Source of the DNA: Torpedo marmorata
Taxonomy: Eukaryota
Reading direction: 5' to 3'
Assembly (NCBI GenBank): GCA_977017645.1
Contig: OZ360241.1
Span: 56,172,001-56,236,000 of the forward strand
DNA: 64,000 nt
The translations under genes were made by a program, and so were the position numbers. A model generated the notes under the pieces. The model saw only the letters and a list, made by a program, of their open reading frames with translations. It did no database searches and was not told where the DNA came from. This document shows, in pieces, positions 15,601 to 26,830 of the stretch. Numbering within the stretch: position 1 is the first letter of the stretch; each line of letters begins with the position of its first letter.

Positions 15601-16982
15601 TAATGTAAATCAAATTGACAAGTTAGTCTGTGTGGATTAATTTATCATTAAGCCTGCATGCAATGTTAGAAATTGCATATCTTTTAAAAATTATTCTTAA
15701 TTAATGAGTAATACTAAATGTACACCACCATTTTGCTTATCCAGTTTATTTTACTGGCTCCTTCATCAGAGTAACAAATTAGATTGTTCTGTCAGTAAAC
15801 CATCTCATGTGCAGTTAGTTATTGGGCTAAGATTTCACAATTTGCAACATTAAAAGGGCCAAAATCCAGCAAAATCTTGAGACACTAGTTCTGTATCTTT
15901 TAGCCCAGAAAGGATAGAATCAGATGGGATTCTGCAACTGAGTGTTACTCAGTATTCCATGTTGCAAAGTGCATCTGTGATATCCAGACCTGACTGGAGT
16001 GTGGTGTATGTAAAATAATATAGTATACAGTACAATTGAGATCTGCACATTAAAAAGGCACATTTGTCAAAAGATTCAATTGCACTATATTTGTTAGAAT
16101 TTTTACCCATGTCGAAGTAATTTTTCATAATTTTTAAAATGATTTACCCATGCTAATTTGCTGATATTAATTTTAACACAAATATTCTCTTGTTCAGAAA
16201 TATATAAAGTGGAAAAACAAATAATTATTCCTGGAAACAACATGGTTTTGAATTGTTACCCTACGTCTAACTTGGCTCAAATGCAATGGTTACACGAAAG
16301 TAGAAAAATTCCAACAGATTCAAGATACCTTCGCTTCAGTGACGCATTATTAATACTGAATATTTCTGCAGAAGATGAAGGACGGTATGATTGCCTCTCT
16401 GTTGAATCAGTGGCTGGGAAAATACTTTCACAGATAACAGCAAGCTATTTTCTTCACTATTCGTATAAACATAGATTAGATAAAAATCCACTTCTAACAA
16501 AGATGCATTTTGGTGTGAAATCTGCCAGTGAGCCAACCTCACCAGGCAATAGTGTTCGCATGGGTAACTTACCAATAATACAAAATTATCTTCAAACAGA
16601 ATTAACATTGAAAGGTTTCCTGGTACTCTTTATCATGATGTTCATACTTCTTCTCGCATGGAATATTTATAAAGGTCATGTACCGACACTATTGCGGCCA
16701 TCTGGAAATGGAAATACAATAAGAGCATCGGCCATCATTTTGAACAACTCGATGCCACAGCTGGAGGAGAAAACATCAATGTCAGAAGGTATTCAACTAA
16801 AGGGTTCACTGAGTAATGTTGATCTCTCACTTACAAGTTTCACCAATACAAATTCACTTGAGAAGAACAGCAACAATAATTCTACACCACTAGAGAATCC
16901 TAACTCCAGCTGTGCGAGGCCATTGCTTGTTCTTGATGAATTGGAATACATTGATGCTGATCAGACTGAATCAAAAGCATGA
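40..16982 (+). CDS. Class-4 semaphorin (SEMA4D/SEMA4E-like), 5'-partial; join(40..191,2689..2864,7297..7453,10278..10500,14052..14167,14272..14438,14624..14676,16198..16982)
   Basis: Eight AG/GT-bounded exons with compatible phases give Sema domain ([45 protein letters not shown]), PSI ([14 protein letters not shown]), Ig domain, TM helix and cytoplasmic tail. Paralogue identity (4D vs 4E) cannot be fixed by eye. Confidence 0.93.
887..1750 (-). mobile_element. Solo LTR of the Gmr1-like family (diverged copy)
   Basis: Reverse-complement homologue of the LTRs at 52130 and 57114; TGTTA...TAACA ends; 4-bp TSD ATAA. Confidence 0.9.
2689..2864 (+). CDS. Semaphorin-4 exon (Sema domain)
   Basis: ctcag|GGGGAT...CAGTG|gtaaga; [24 protein letters not shown]...FYAVFTPQW; not in the ORF track. 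Confidence 0.94.
2965..3209 (-). mobile_element. tRNA-derived V-SINE (HE1-like)
   Basis: tRNA-like head with A/B boxes, V-domain GTCTGCGTGGGTTTTCCCCGGG..GGTTTCCTCCCAC, CR1-like 3' tail. Confidence 0.85.
3484..3885. mobile_element. hAT-type MITE containing a (TA)n microsatellite
   Basis: TIRs CAGGCCTGGATTAA / TTAATCCGGCCCTG; 8-bp TSD CTGGGATA on both sides; (TA)n at ~3648-3706. Confidence 0.85.
4440..4678 (-). mobile_element. V-SINE (HE1-like)
   Basis: V-domain and tRNA-like head, homologous to the other copies. Confidence 0.8.
5005..5972 (+). mobile_element. CR1 LINE, 5'-truncated (RT C-terminus and 3' UTR)
   Basis: YINDL...KYADDTK, then ORF 5158..5895 ([44 protein letters not shown]); in-frame TGA near 5140. 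Confidence 0.93.
6020..6720 (+). mobile_element. Old degenerate CR1 fragment
   Basis: Remnants of YLDF.KAF, DDTKL and IARG motifs with many indels. Confidence 0.55.
7297..7453 (+). CDS. Semaphorin-4 exon (Sema domain)
   Basis: tttag|G...GCT|gtaagt; [11 protein letters not shown]...IPVPRPGA. Confidence 0.93.
7752..8335 (+). mobile_element. Degenerate CR1 3' fragment
   Basis: [32 protein letters not shown]1 3' tail. Confidence 0.75.
10278..10500 (+). CDS. Semaphorin-4 exon (Sema domain)
   Basis: catag|TGT...ACAG|gtaaat; [33 protein letters not shown]...YDVIFLGT. Confidence 0.93.
10745..11225 (-). mobile_element. Rex1/Babar-type LINE 3' fragment
   Basis: [16 protein letters not shown]...[23 protein letters not shown]; tail CATGACAATAAA; a related tail-only copy lies at ~9575-9800. 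Confidence 0.8.
12266..13209. mobile_element. Tc1/mariner (Tigger-like) non-autonomous element
   Basis: TIRs CAGGTGCCTAACCTTTTATCCGAAA / TTTCGGATAAAAGATTGGGCACCTG; TA on both flanks. Confidence 0.85.
12425..13035. repeat. G-rich CpG-rich minisatellite, ~25-26 bp unit (GCGGCGGCGCTGGACGGGGGTGTTC)
   Basis: About 20 or more degenerate tandem units inside the MITE. Confidence 0.9.
14052..14167 (+). CDS. Semaphorin-4 exon (end of Sema domain)
   Basis: tccag|AT...AGG|gtataa; [24 protein letters not shown]...SSKR. Confidence 0.88.
14272..14438 (+). CDS. Semaphorin-4 exon (PSI domain)
   Basis: ccaag|GGT...AGCAA|gtgagt; GQLYVGS...[27 protein letters not shown]. Confidence 0.92.
14624..14676 (+). CDS. 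Semaphorin-4 small exon (end of PSI)
   Basis: tttag|G...CTTG|gtacgt; [17 protein letters not shown]; phases match both neighbouring exons. Confidence 0.88.
16198..16982 (+). CDS. Semaphorin-4 last coding exon (Ig domain, TM, cytoplasmic tail)
   Basis: ttcag|AA; Ig motifs LNC...W...[16 protein letters not shown]; [21 protein letters not shown]; stop TGA 16980-16982. Confidence 0.92.
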
Positions 16983-17608
16983 GCCTAAGTAAATGTTATT
17001 GATGCTTTGGAAAATCCACGTCATGAATATTGGATAATGCAATGTAGCCCTTTCCATCCTGCCTCTGACCCCCCCCCCCCCCAATTCGCTCCTATCACCC
17101 ACATAGATGTTCTTGTCAGAGAGGCTGTTTTATCTGGACTAACTTTAACGTGGAAGAGAAAGCCATATGATGCATTCAGTAATGGAGTGTACGTTGTAAG
17201 TCCTATAAAAGGGCTGAGTAATCTGTTATGTATATTTCACCCTGGGAGAAAAGTAATGATTATTTGATCTCTATTTTTTAAAAAACCCTACAACTTAAAA
17301 ATGGGCTTTGAATAGAGAGGTACTATTGGGTTAGCACATTGTTCATATAGTCCCAACATGGTCGAAAGACTATGGATTGTCAAAAAGAATACAGTTGCCT
17401 TAATTCTTATACACGTGGTGAGTTTCGCTGATCCCTTGGAGTGTGGAATCACTTAATTTCTCTTTGTGTTTTATGAAAATATTTATTATACTGTGATTGA
17501 ATCTTCTGTTTTTCTTAAGTTTGTGTCCTTCCATGAAGTATTGGAATGTATGTGATTAATGTTTAACATCCATATTATCAGTGAATACACATTTATCAAA
17601 CTTAGTTT

Positions 17609-17853
17609 TAAAGGTAAAGGTTCCATTATTGTCACGTAATACTACATTTAGAATGTAACATACATGAAATTCTTTAATTTTTATCTACCGTAAGGCAGAC
17701 AGAGGGTCGCTACTTTGTCCAGAGCCCCTCACAGAAACCTACAGCACCTGGTGTTCCTTGGCAGTCTCCCCTCCAAGTACTGACCAATCCTGTGCCTGCT
17801 TAGCTTCCGAGATCAGACAATCCCAGTCGTATTCAGGCTATTGGTGCTAAGGC
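17609..17853 (-). mobile_element. 5S rRNA-derived SINE (SINE3-type), near full length
   Basis: Minus strand reads GCCT..CCTGAA..GTCTGATCTCGGAAGCTAAGCAGG..TGGTCAGTACTTGGAGGGGAGAC..CCAGGTGCTGTAGG (5S head with box A, IE, box C), then a ~120-nt unrelated body and CCTTTA repeat tail. Confidence 0.9.
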
Positions 17854-19351
17854 TTGGCACAATACCCAATACGATCATTAAGAAATGGAGAAAATCATTG
17901 CTTAACACACCTATTCAATCCCCAGTGTCTTATCACATATCCCAATGGATTTTTCCCATACCCTCATCACCCTTGTTTCTATTTTCAATAATGTTCTCGA
18001 TAAATTCCCTGATTGTCCACCTCTCCCTTTCTTTAACATGAATGTTTAAAAACTTAGCTTTCCCTGAAAATATTTATGCTTACTGTCAAAATTTGTTTGC
18101 TAACACCAGTTGAGCAGATTAGATCTGTTCAAAGCCCAAAGTCAACGGTAGTTACTTTGTTGTTGTCCTTTGTTTGGTCCTGCAAAGTTGTCTTGAAAAT
18201 ACATAGCAAAATGTTTTTTTTAAATGCAACGTCATTTGTTTTTCCTTGAAAGAGGATTAACCGGTTGTTACTAAGTTCACATTTGATGTATATATTCTGG
18301 CTGACAGCTGTCACACTGTTTTTAGTAGATAATATGTACCTGATGAATCCACAAATTCTTTATTGTACAGACTTTTATTTTTATACAGGTGAATTTTGAT
18401 GGTTTCACATGCCTACATATAGTATGTAAATGTGAACTTGAGTGCCAATTTAGTTATGTATCCTGGAAAACCACTGAAGGTCAACATTTGACAAACTCCA
18501 CCAATATTTTTAAGATGACATTTCTCATTGAAGATTTATGATGCTGTAGATCTCTGGGATGCTACAGCTGCCTTAGTTAAATATATTTTGATTCTGTTCT
18601 TGCTGATGTGTTCTACTATTATAGTTAGGGTGTTATTTGTGCCATCCTTCTCCCTCGCTACTCTGCTGTTACTCTCAGTAAATGTGCTGTTGCGTGTTTT
18701 CTGCTGGTCTCCAATCTTTGGCATTACATGTTATGGGATGTTGACAGAGTTGGCACACAGTGCTTTCCTTTCAATTCCATTGCTCCATAATAAGATGATG
18801 AAGGTAGCAGACGAGCAGGCAGTCCAAGCATTCAATGTGCAGATAGAAGAGAATTAACAACTTGTAAACTTTTGACCAAAGGTATGTTTTTCTTTCCTTT
18901 CTCTTCCTGGGAGGGCGTGTCTAGCCTGTACTGTCTCAGCAGCATGATTGAAATCAGGAATTAGAACTTGTAAGATCAGCCACAGCCATGGTGCAACGTA
19001 TTTTGTGAATAATGTGATAACCTTGTTCAAATGGTTTCTTTGCGACTAGTTCACATCACATCTTTTTCTGTATTAACAAGTGAGAAGATAATGAAGGCTT
19101 TTAAGTAGTGGGGCATAATGTATCCTTTTTGTATATTACAGCTCTGTAAATGGGTGGCCAATGTGACAAATACTGTAAGGAAAAGGCTGTTGGCTGGAAT
19201 AAGTTCCTGTGGTCTCCTTTAACAAGCGGGAGAAAAGCACAAAATTTGCAATACAATCTATTAACTACACTGGGAGAGAATACCCACAAACCAAGTTATA
19301 TTATTGTGATAGGTTTTATTATTGCAGCTTTTACTTTGTATATATTGCATT

Positions 19352-19357
19352 AATAAA
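19352..19357 (+). promoter_or_regulatory. Candidate polyadenylation signal of the semaphorin 3' UTR
   Basis: AATAAA after a U-rich TTTGTATATA context about 2.4 kb past the stop; other AATAAA hexamers exist, so tentative. Confidence 0.3.
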
Positions 19358-20535
19358 ACCTATACAGTTTAATGTCTATAATCGAAACCATATACATGGG
19401 CCTCTCATGAAAATTAAAAACACCTACATTTGTCCTTGCTTCAATCCTATGAAAACATAGTCCCACATTATTAGTTTAGATTTGACAAGTAATACTTGAA
19501 GAGCATGAACGAATTGGATTGTGGTAAACAATATTTTTCACCATCTACTGCAGGGAGTTACTGTTTTAGGGGAATCAAAATGACCACTCGTATTGGTCAC
19601 TTGCAAAACTTTTTCTTTGGCTTTTAATAGGCAAATGTCACAACTTAGAATACCAGTGAATCCAAGGCCAGAGGTGTTGTTGGTTTCTGCATCTCCATGT
19701 CCAGGGAAGTAATGGCAAATGATTTGAAGATCTTATCTCTTGGGATGGCGACAAGGCTAATTTGATTACAATGTCAATATGGTGAATGGAACCAAAGCAC
19801 ATCAGAGAAATTATTTCGTAATGCAGCACAAAGAGCTGTGCTTATGGAAGTGCTTCCCAATAGAGTTCAGGAGCAGATGGGGTGAGTGTGGAGGGCAGGA
19901 TGAAGAGAGAGAACTAGTTAGGAAAAGAGAAAGTTACACATATCAGCATTGTGTAATACCCAAGGAAAGAAAATACTACACAAATAAGAATATATTGTAA
20001 ATGAGCATGAGATCACAATAAAAATTGACACGCTGGCCTCGTTTTCTCATCTTTTCGCTGACTTTCTGTGAAAAGCCATTTTGAAATCACAATTTTAAAA
20101 AAAACTACTCTGCTTTGTAAATACTTTAATCAAAATGTTAGTTGTTTTCAAATTAGTATCTTCAATATGCAAGCAATTCTTGCATGAAAAATGGATTTAA
20201 ACAAAAATATATATTTTGATTTTGTTGGGTTCATGTCTGCAAAGATAGTGGCTTCCTTTTAAAATAACTTCACTATTGGACAAATATTAAAGTATAAATA
20301 TTTTGAAAGAACGTTTTAAATGAAACATTTCTGGAATAAAGTGAAAAATTTGTAATCTTGAAGAATTGCTACATCAACATATTTTTAAACATCTTATATC
20401 TCTGACATTCTTTACTGAATGCTATTTACTAATTTAACCTTGTTTAAAAGTTCACTTTATTTTGGGTATTCTACCAAACACAATTTTTGTAAAATTCTTG
20501 TATAAAGATTGTGATTAAATGGGACTTTAACGTTT

Positions 20536-21078
20536 AGAATCAGAATCAATCAGAATCAGAATTTATTGTCATGAACAAGTCATGAAATTCGGTGTTTTGT
20601 GGCAGCATCATAGTGCAAACATTCATATTATGAACCATCTTACAATAATATAAAAAAATAAAAATAGTAGTGCATAAAAAGTAAGGCAGTGTCTTTGGTT
20701 CATTGATTATTTAGGAATCTGATGGCAGCGGGGAAGAAGCTGACATTGTGCCGCTAAGTGCTCGTCTTTAGGCTCCTGTACCTTTTCCCCGATGGTAGCA
20801 GAGTAAAGGGGGCATGGCCTGGGTGGTGGGGGTCTTTGAGGATAGAGGCTGCTTTTTTAAGACACCACCTCATGTAGATGTCCTCGATGGAGTGGAGTCT
20901 GGTGCCTATAATGTCGCAGGCCGCGTTAACAACCCTCTGGAGTTTTTTCTTGTCCTGAGATTTGGCGCCTCCATACCAGACAGTGATGCAACCAGCCAGA
21001 ATGCTCTCCACGGTACACCTGTAGAAGTTTTCGAGAGTCTTCGGTGACATACCGAATCTCCTCAAGCACCTCACAAAG
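20536..21078 (-). mobile_element. Rex1/Babar-type LINE 3' fragment
   Basis: [32 protein letters not shown]...LLPSGKRYRSLKT; tail CATGACAATAAA(TTCTGA)n. Confidence 0.88.
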
Positions 21079-21119
21079 CCCTTTGCCACATGTTTTTTCC
21101 ATTTTGTAGCCCGTCCAAA

Positions 21120-21567
21120 CATAAGATCATATGAGAAGCAGGAAAAACTGTTCAGCCCCTCACACCTGCTCTGCAATTCAGTAAGATCATGGCTAATCTT
21201 TTACCTCTGTGCTTCTTTCTTACACTAACCTTTGATTCTCTATCTAAAAATTCATTTATCTTTATCTTGAATATAGTCAGTGACTGAACCTCCACAAACT
21301 TCCTGGTCGAAAATTCCAAAGATTCTCCACTTTCTGGATGAAGGACTTTCATTTCTTATCTAATGTGAAATGTTGCATCCACCCTGTCAAGTCCTTAGGA
21401 ATTTGGCATCTTTCACAAGAATGTTGGGCCAGACATATGGCACACTAACTGCACGCTCTCTATTGCAAATATATTCTTCTTTAATTAGGTAGAGCAGACC
21501 TGAAGTCATATTCCAGATGCAGTGTTACAACCCTATAAAATTGGAGCAAGATGTCTCTTGTGCTCAA
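21120..21567 (-). mobile_element. Degenerate CR1 3' fragment, interrupted by a Penelope-like insertion
   Basis: CR1 tail CATAAGA..., continues after 22282. Confidence 0.65.
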
Positions 21568-22268
21568 GAAGTAAAACACAAAAGTCTGCAGACACCGTAG
21601 TTGATGTAAAAGCACAATGCTGGAGAATCTCAGCAGGTCAAACAGTGTACTTTATATAGCAAAGATAAAGATACATAACCAACGTTTGGGCTTGAGCCCT
21701 TCATCAAGGTATGGTAAAATGTTGGCAGGTGCCCGAACAAAATGGTAAGGGGAGGAGCACGGTCTCAAAGGCAGGAGGTAATAGGTGGATAAGGGAGGGA
21801 GGGCACGGCAGGAAGCAGGGGGAGGAGGGATGGCTCTGTGAATAAAGAGGGAAGGGGTGGAGAGCTAAGGAAAAGAAGACAAGGGGAAAAGGGAGGAAGA
21901 ATGGAGAGTAGGTTAGCAGAAACCGGAGAAGTCGATGTTAATGCCATCCGGTTGGAGAGTGCCCAGGTGGAAAATCAAGTGTTGTTCCTCCAATTTACGG
22001 GTGGTTTTGGTGGGATAGTAAAAGAGGCCATGGACAGAAATGTCAGCGCGGAATTGAAATGGTTGGTCACTGGGAGATCCCTGTCACTGATGCAGACAGA
22101 GCGAAGGTGCTCAGCGAAGCGATCTCCCAGTCTGCGCCCAGTCTCTCCGATGTCGAGAAGGCCACAAAGGGAGCACCGGATGCAGTAGATCACTCCCGCA
22201 GATACACAAGTGAAGTGTTGCCTTCACTTGAAAGGACTGTTTGGGGCCCTGAATTGCGGTGAGGTTTT
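21568..22268 (-). mobile_element. Penelope-like element 3' fragment (GIY-YIG endonuclease plus pLTR with hammerhead-like motif)
   Basis: [31 protein letters not shown]; 14-bp TSD TCTCTTGTGCTCAA (21554-21567 / 22269-22282). Confidence 0.88.
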
Positions 22269-22509
22269 TCTCTTGTGCTCAAATTCTTTTGTAATAAAGG
22301 CCAATGTACTGCCTTCCTAATTGCTTTGTCTTTTTTATTCAGAAACTTTAATTGCCTTACCTATTATTTAGTCACAATTTGATCTGCTTACTTTGGTTGT
22401 GTTCCAATTTACTTGTTTATTCACTTTGTCAAATTGGCAGACATTCATTTCTTTCACAGATTGACAGCAATTGTTGCAAATGAGATCATTTTTACAGCTT
22501 TAGCAAATA

Positions 22510-22728
22510 CAGGTAAACCCCGCTTTACGAATACTCAAATTACAAATATTCGCTTATACGAAGAAACCCGTGTTCGCTTTTACGAAGAAATTATAATGGA
22601 TTTATAATGGGTTTTTGCTTTTACGAAAATTGCCTCCAATAGTAGTCATTGGGTCTTTGCTTAACGAATTTTCGGTTTACAAACGGTTTCTCAGGAACGC
22701 TCTACCTTCGTAAAGCAGGGTATACCTG
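22510..22728. mobile_element. Tigger-like MITE
   Basis: TIRs CAGGTAAACCCCGCTTTACGAA / TTCGTAAAGCAGGGTATACCTG; TA flanks. Confidence 0.88.
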
Positions 22729-22734
22729 TAATGA

Positions 22735-22880
22735 GAAGCTGGAGGAACACACAAGGTCAGACAGCATCGATTAAAGAGTCCTGACCTGAAACATTCTACC
22801 CATGGATGTTGCCTGACACATTTAGTTCCTCCAGCTCAATGTTTGCTTAAGATTCCAGTGTCAGCAGTTTTTGTGTTTCT
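22735..22880 (+). mobile_element. Penelope pLTR-derived short inverted-repeat element (degenerate)
   Basis: GCTGGAGGAAC...GTTCCTCCAGC arms and tail resembling the pLTR of 21568..22268; similar copies at ~28880-29000 and ~31930-32070. Confidence 0.6.
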
Positions 22881-24562
22881 CATTCTTACAGCTTCCAGGT
22901 CTAAAATCACAATGAACAGTCTCAAGTATCTTCAGGATTCTCGGTCCTGAATAATATCTACTGATTTTTACCGGAGAGGTAGTGTGTGTGTGTTTGTTAA
23001 AAGTGCGTCATGTGAACAAGATTTGGGTTTAGTTGTGATGCCAACATTTTTAATAAGTAATTGACATATTATTTAGGCTACATTACAGATAAAGATAATT
23101 CTGGCAAGGGAGGCAGTGGAACAGTATCCCTACAGGAGTCAGTGCCTTTATCTTTTTGAAAGTATTGAGTAGGCTTAAAGTGAATCACCAATGACTTCAG
23201 TAACTTGAACAAAACTGGGAAGAGGATATCTTGGTTATATTGCTTTGATGAAACATGTATTATCAAATTACACCAGCTTCAATGTATTTTGGTTCAGAGG
23301 AAATATTAATACGTGAGCTCCATTGCTAATTCTGCCTTTTATATCAGAACAAGATGTCACACAGCTCTCCAGATACCAGCATTTGGAGGAGGAGCACACA
23401 TTAAATAAAACCAGCACTAGAAAATGTCAATTTACAGAAAAAGAAATTTACTGCCACCTGGTAGTTTAATGGACAATTTTTCAAATTTCCCAAATTCCTG
23501 ATAGGATAATCTGTTTATTATTACTGCAACAAAATATGTAAGTGGTATCAACAAAAGCTAATTAACCACTCATCAAGAAGGAAGGAAACTACATTTACCT
23601 TACAACACCTTTGATAATATTGAAGTACCACAGTGTTTTCATAGTTGTTGGGAAGCATGGCAACTGTTGTGTGCTCAGAGGTGCACGATAATAACCAGAT
23701 AATTAGATGAAGGTTAAAGGAAATATTACTGACGGCCATTAGGGAGAATTCCTTTGATTTGAGTAGTGGTGAAACACTCAGTATCCACATTAGATAATCT
23801 CCATTTAATATCTCATATCAAAGGTAGATTAACATCCCCTTGGAATTGCAGTGAATGTTGGCCTGGATTGTTTTCAAATCTTGGACTGAGACTTGAAAAT
23901 TTCATAGAAGGAACTCAGTTTATTGTTTATTGCGGTGAGCAATATGGTGTTTTAAAGTTATTGGAGTGGTAACTGGACTTCTCGATTATAGGGTTCAAAT
24001 CTCATCGTGCCCAGTAAGGAATTTTAAAATTAAGTAGACCTTTTGGCAGAACAGGGTAATCAAGGCAAAAGAGATGAAAATCCCAAAGGAGTGCAGGGTC
24101 GACCTTTAGGTTCAGCATATGGGCATGTCTTAACATAAAAGTATAATTTTTGACCATGCTAATTCATTAACACTGTCAAAAAGTCCAAAACTGGTATAAC
24201 ATGGCTGTTTAATCCCACTCCCATAGTAGTCTGCTCGCTAAGATCAAAAGCTTTTGTTTGCAGTTTCATGACAATTCTAAGATGGGATGCTGAACATTGA
24301 GAAAGATGAATAAGCTTCATTTCAAAAGGTCTCTTTTCTTTTGAAATTCTAGTAAACATTCCTGAGGCAATTTCTATACCAGAACAAAGTCTAACATAGA
24401 CATGCTATTGTGCCAAAATTGATTGAATTGGTCTGAAGTTAACAAATGATATTCTAAACCAAGATAGAATATTCTTGTCTCGTGTTCCTTCAGTGTATTT
24501 GAAATATACTTGGTTTAGTTGCTAGTCAGGTGGTTGTCAAAGGAAATTAATCCAATAACCTT

Positions 24563-25450
24563 TGTTATGGACCATGACTGACCATTTGGACTGCGGACGG
24601 TCAGCAGGAAGGATGAATTCTTTTGGAGTATACACTGGGGCCAGGTACTGAAAGAGTTAACTTCCCCAGCTACTTGGTGTACCCAGACAAGATACATTGT
24701 TGCACTCTTGGTGTACCCAGACAGAGAGAGACCAGAGAGAGACTGGATAAGATACATTTGTTTCACTTCTGCAAAAAGCAGGGACAGATCTCTGCAAAGC
24801 AGACACAGTTGTGAGTTGCAAGGCTACAAGACACAGCCAAATCCAGGCGTGTGCAAAAGTCAAGAGAAAGACTGACAGAATAGCACATGGCCTCCTGTCT
24901 CAGAGAAATTCTGAGAAAAAGCAACTTCTGTGGAGAACAGGCGTGAGATCAGCGAGACTAGCTGTGAGATTCAAGCATACGCCTAAATCAGTGGTATACT
25001 GATCTGGAACTTGCAATCCTTATGAACCTACAAGAAGGGGACGTCATCAGAGAAGAAAACAAGTATTTGTAAGCATAACAGTCATTGTCTCTCTCCAACG
25101 TTCATTCAGAAGTACTTCTACCAGACCCAGAGCTGAATTGAAGCCTGAACTTAGAGAGTGAATCTTGTGGACTGAATTATTCTTTTGTTTTTTTGACTGA
25201 CTTGTTTTTTATGACTGACCTGGGGTTTTTGTGGAAAGTTTTTCCATTTTTACATAAGGGTTGGGCACAGACTGTAATGGTCTGGGCTTTACACACACAC
25301 ACACACCTTTTAGATAAGAATAGAGTTTATAGACGTTTATAGTGGGGTTAATTGTGAAATTATATGTTTACTTGTGTTTAATAAATAATAATTTCAATTT
25401 TACCCCTTTTGCATTGCGTCTTCTGTCGTTGCTGGTTTGATTTTGTAACA
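24563..25450 (+). mobile_element. Solo LTR of the Gmr1-like family
   Basis: Highly similar to 52130..52988; TGTTA...TAACA; 4-bp TSD CCTT. Confidence 0.93.
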
Positions 25451-26359
25451 CCTTGAGCAATGCTCTAGGGAAATAATGCATTTTTGAAGATGTTGTCTTA
25501 GGGAATGAAATGTTAAAGTCAGGTGGACAAATGATTCATGAGGACATTAAAGACTACAAAAAGGCATTTAAAGACCAGTTCTCCAGTAAAACATCCATCC
25601 GCATTTAAGCAGGAAATGTTTTTAGACACTATAATTTTAAATCATCTTTAACACCATTTTGAAAATTACCTGAAGCACTTTACCACCAAATGAAATAAAT
25701 TTGGTGTAGTCACAATGTAGAATAGCCCACCTGTAAACACAGGGCTCCCAAAAAGGGCATTGTGATCACCTGTTTTGTGCAATTGAGAGATAATATTTGG
25801 TCAAAATTATAAGAGTAAGTTCCCTTGCTTTATCTCTGGAACAATGTCATGGCATTTGTTTACTTCTGCTTTAATTGTATAAAGTGCTTCAGCCCAATAA
25901 AACAGATTTTGCCAAACAACTGGCCACCTTCTCCTATTCCACTTTTTATTTCATAGTACAGTCTGAAGCCCAGCTCCCACTATTTTAGCCTGGCTGAGAG
26001 CAACATAAAGACTGTCACAATATAGGCAACTAATAAGGCCCTACCCTCAAACTCATGGGCTATTAAAGCTGGCACTAGATTGGGACCATGAAATAATTCA
26101 TAAGCATTCAGTACCACTCAGGATGTTAAAAATGTAAAATACTTTTCAAAAATTGTTCAAGGAGTGTAGATCTGGATTTTGTGCTCAAGTTCTTTGATTT
26201 CACTTTCTAAACCACAGCCAAGATATCCATGCCACACATAAAACATATTCTTTTGAGATTTCATCAAAATATTTCTCAATTATGCAATATTATTTTGTAG
26301 ATTTTATCCTTGATTTCAGATCTCTCCACTACTTTGCATCTCCCAGGAAAAAAAAATAT

Positions 26360-26830
26360 CAGAAAGAGGAGCAGGAGCAGACTCTGTTGCTGATGTAATC
26401 TTGGCCTCAACTGCACTTTACTGCTGTTGCTCGTAACCTTTGATTCCACAATTGTCTGAAAATATATCTTTCAGCCTTATAGTCAATGACAGTTTATGGT
26501 GTAAAAATACTCCAAACATTCAAAGCTCTGAGAAAATATTCCTCCTTATTTCCATCTTAAATGGTGACTCATTTTTATGAAATTAATTCCTCTACTAGAT
26601 TTTCCAGGAAGGGAAGCATCCATTCAACATTTATCTTGTCAACTCTTGTGTTTTATTAAGACCACATAAACTTTTAAACTCTAATGAGTATGTTCCTCAT
26701 GAAGCAACCCCTTCATGGAAAAGAAATCAATTGAGTGAACTTTTTCAGAATCTCCTCCAATACAGGTATATCTTTTTCCAAGTAAGGAAATTAAAATCGC
26801 ATTGTTAAGTATGGTCTCGCTAACTCCCTT
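26360..26830 (-). mobile_element. Old degenerate CR1 3' fragment
   Basis: Weak similarity to the CR1 at 62735-63300. Confidence 0.5.

Noticed and set aside
17730-17853. Functional 5S rRNA gene
   Set aside because: Diverged 5' half, no T-run terminator, and fused to a tail shared with a second copy: a SINE
18528-18857. 109-aa hydrophobic ORF downstream of the semaphorin
   Set aside because: Non-ATG start in U-rich probable 3' UTR; no recognisable motif or splice support
24672-24770. Short internal duplication in the solo LTR
   Set aside because: A local slippage or template-switch event next to an (AG)n tract; no sign of function
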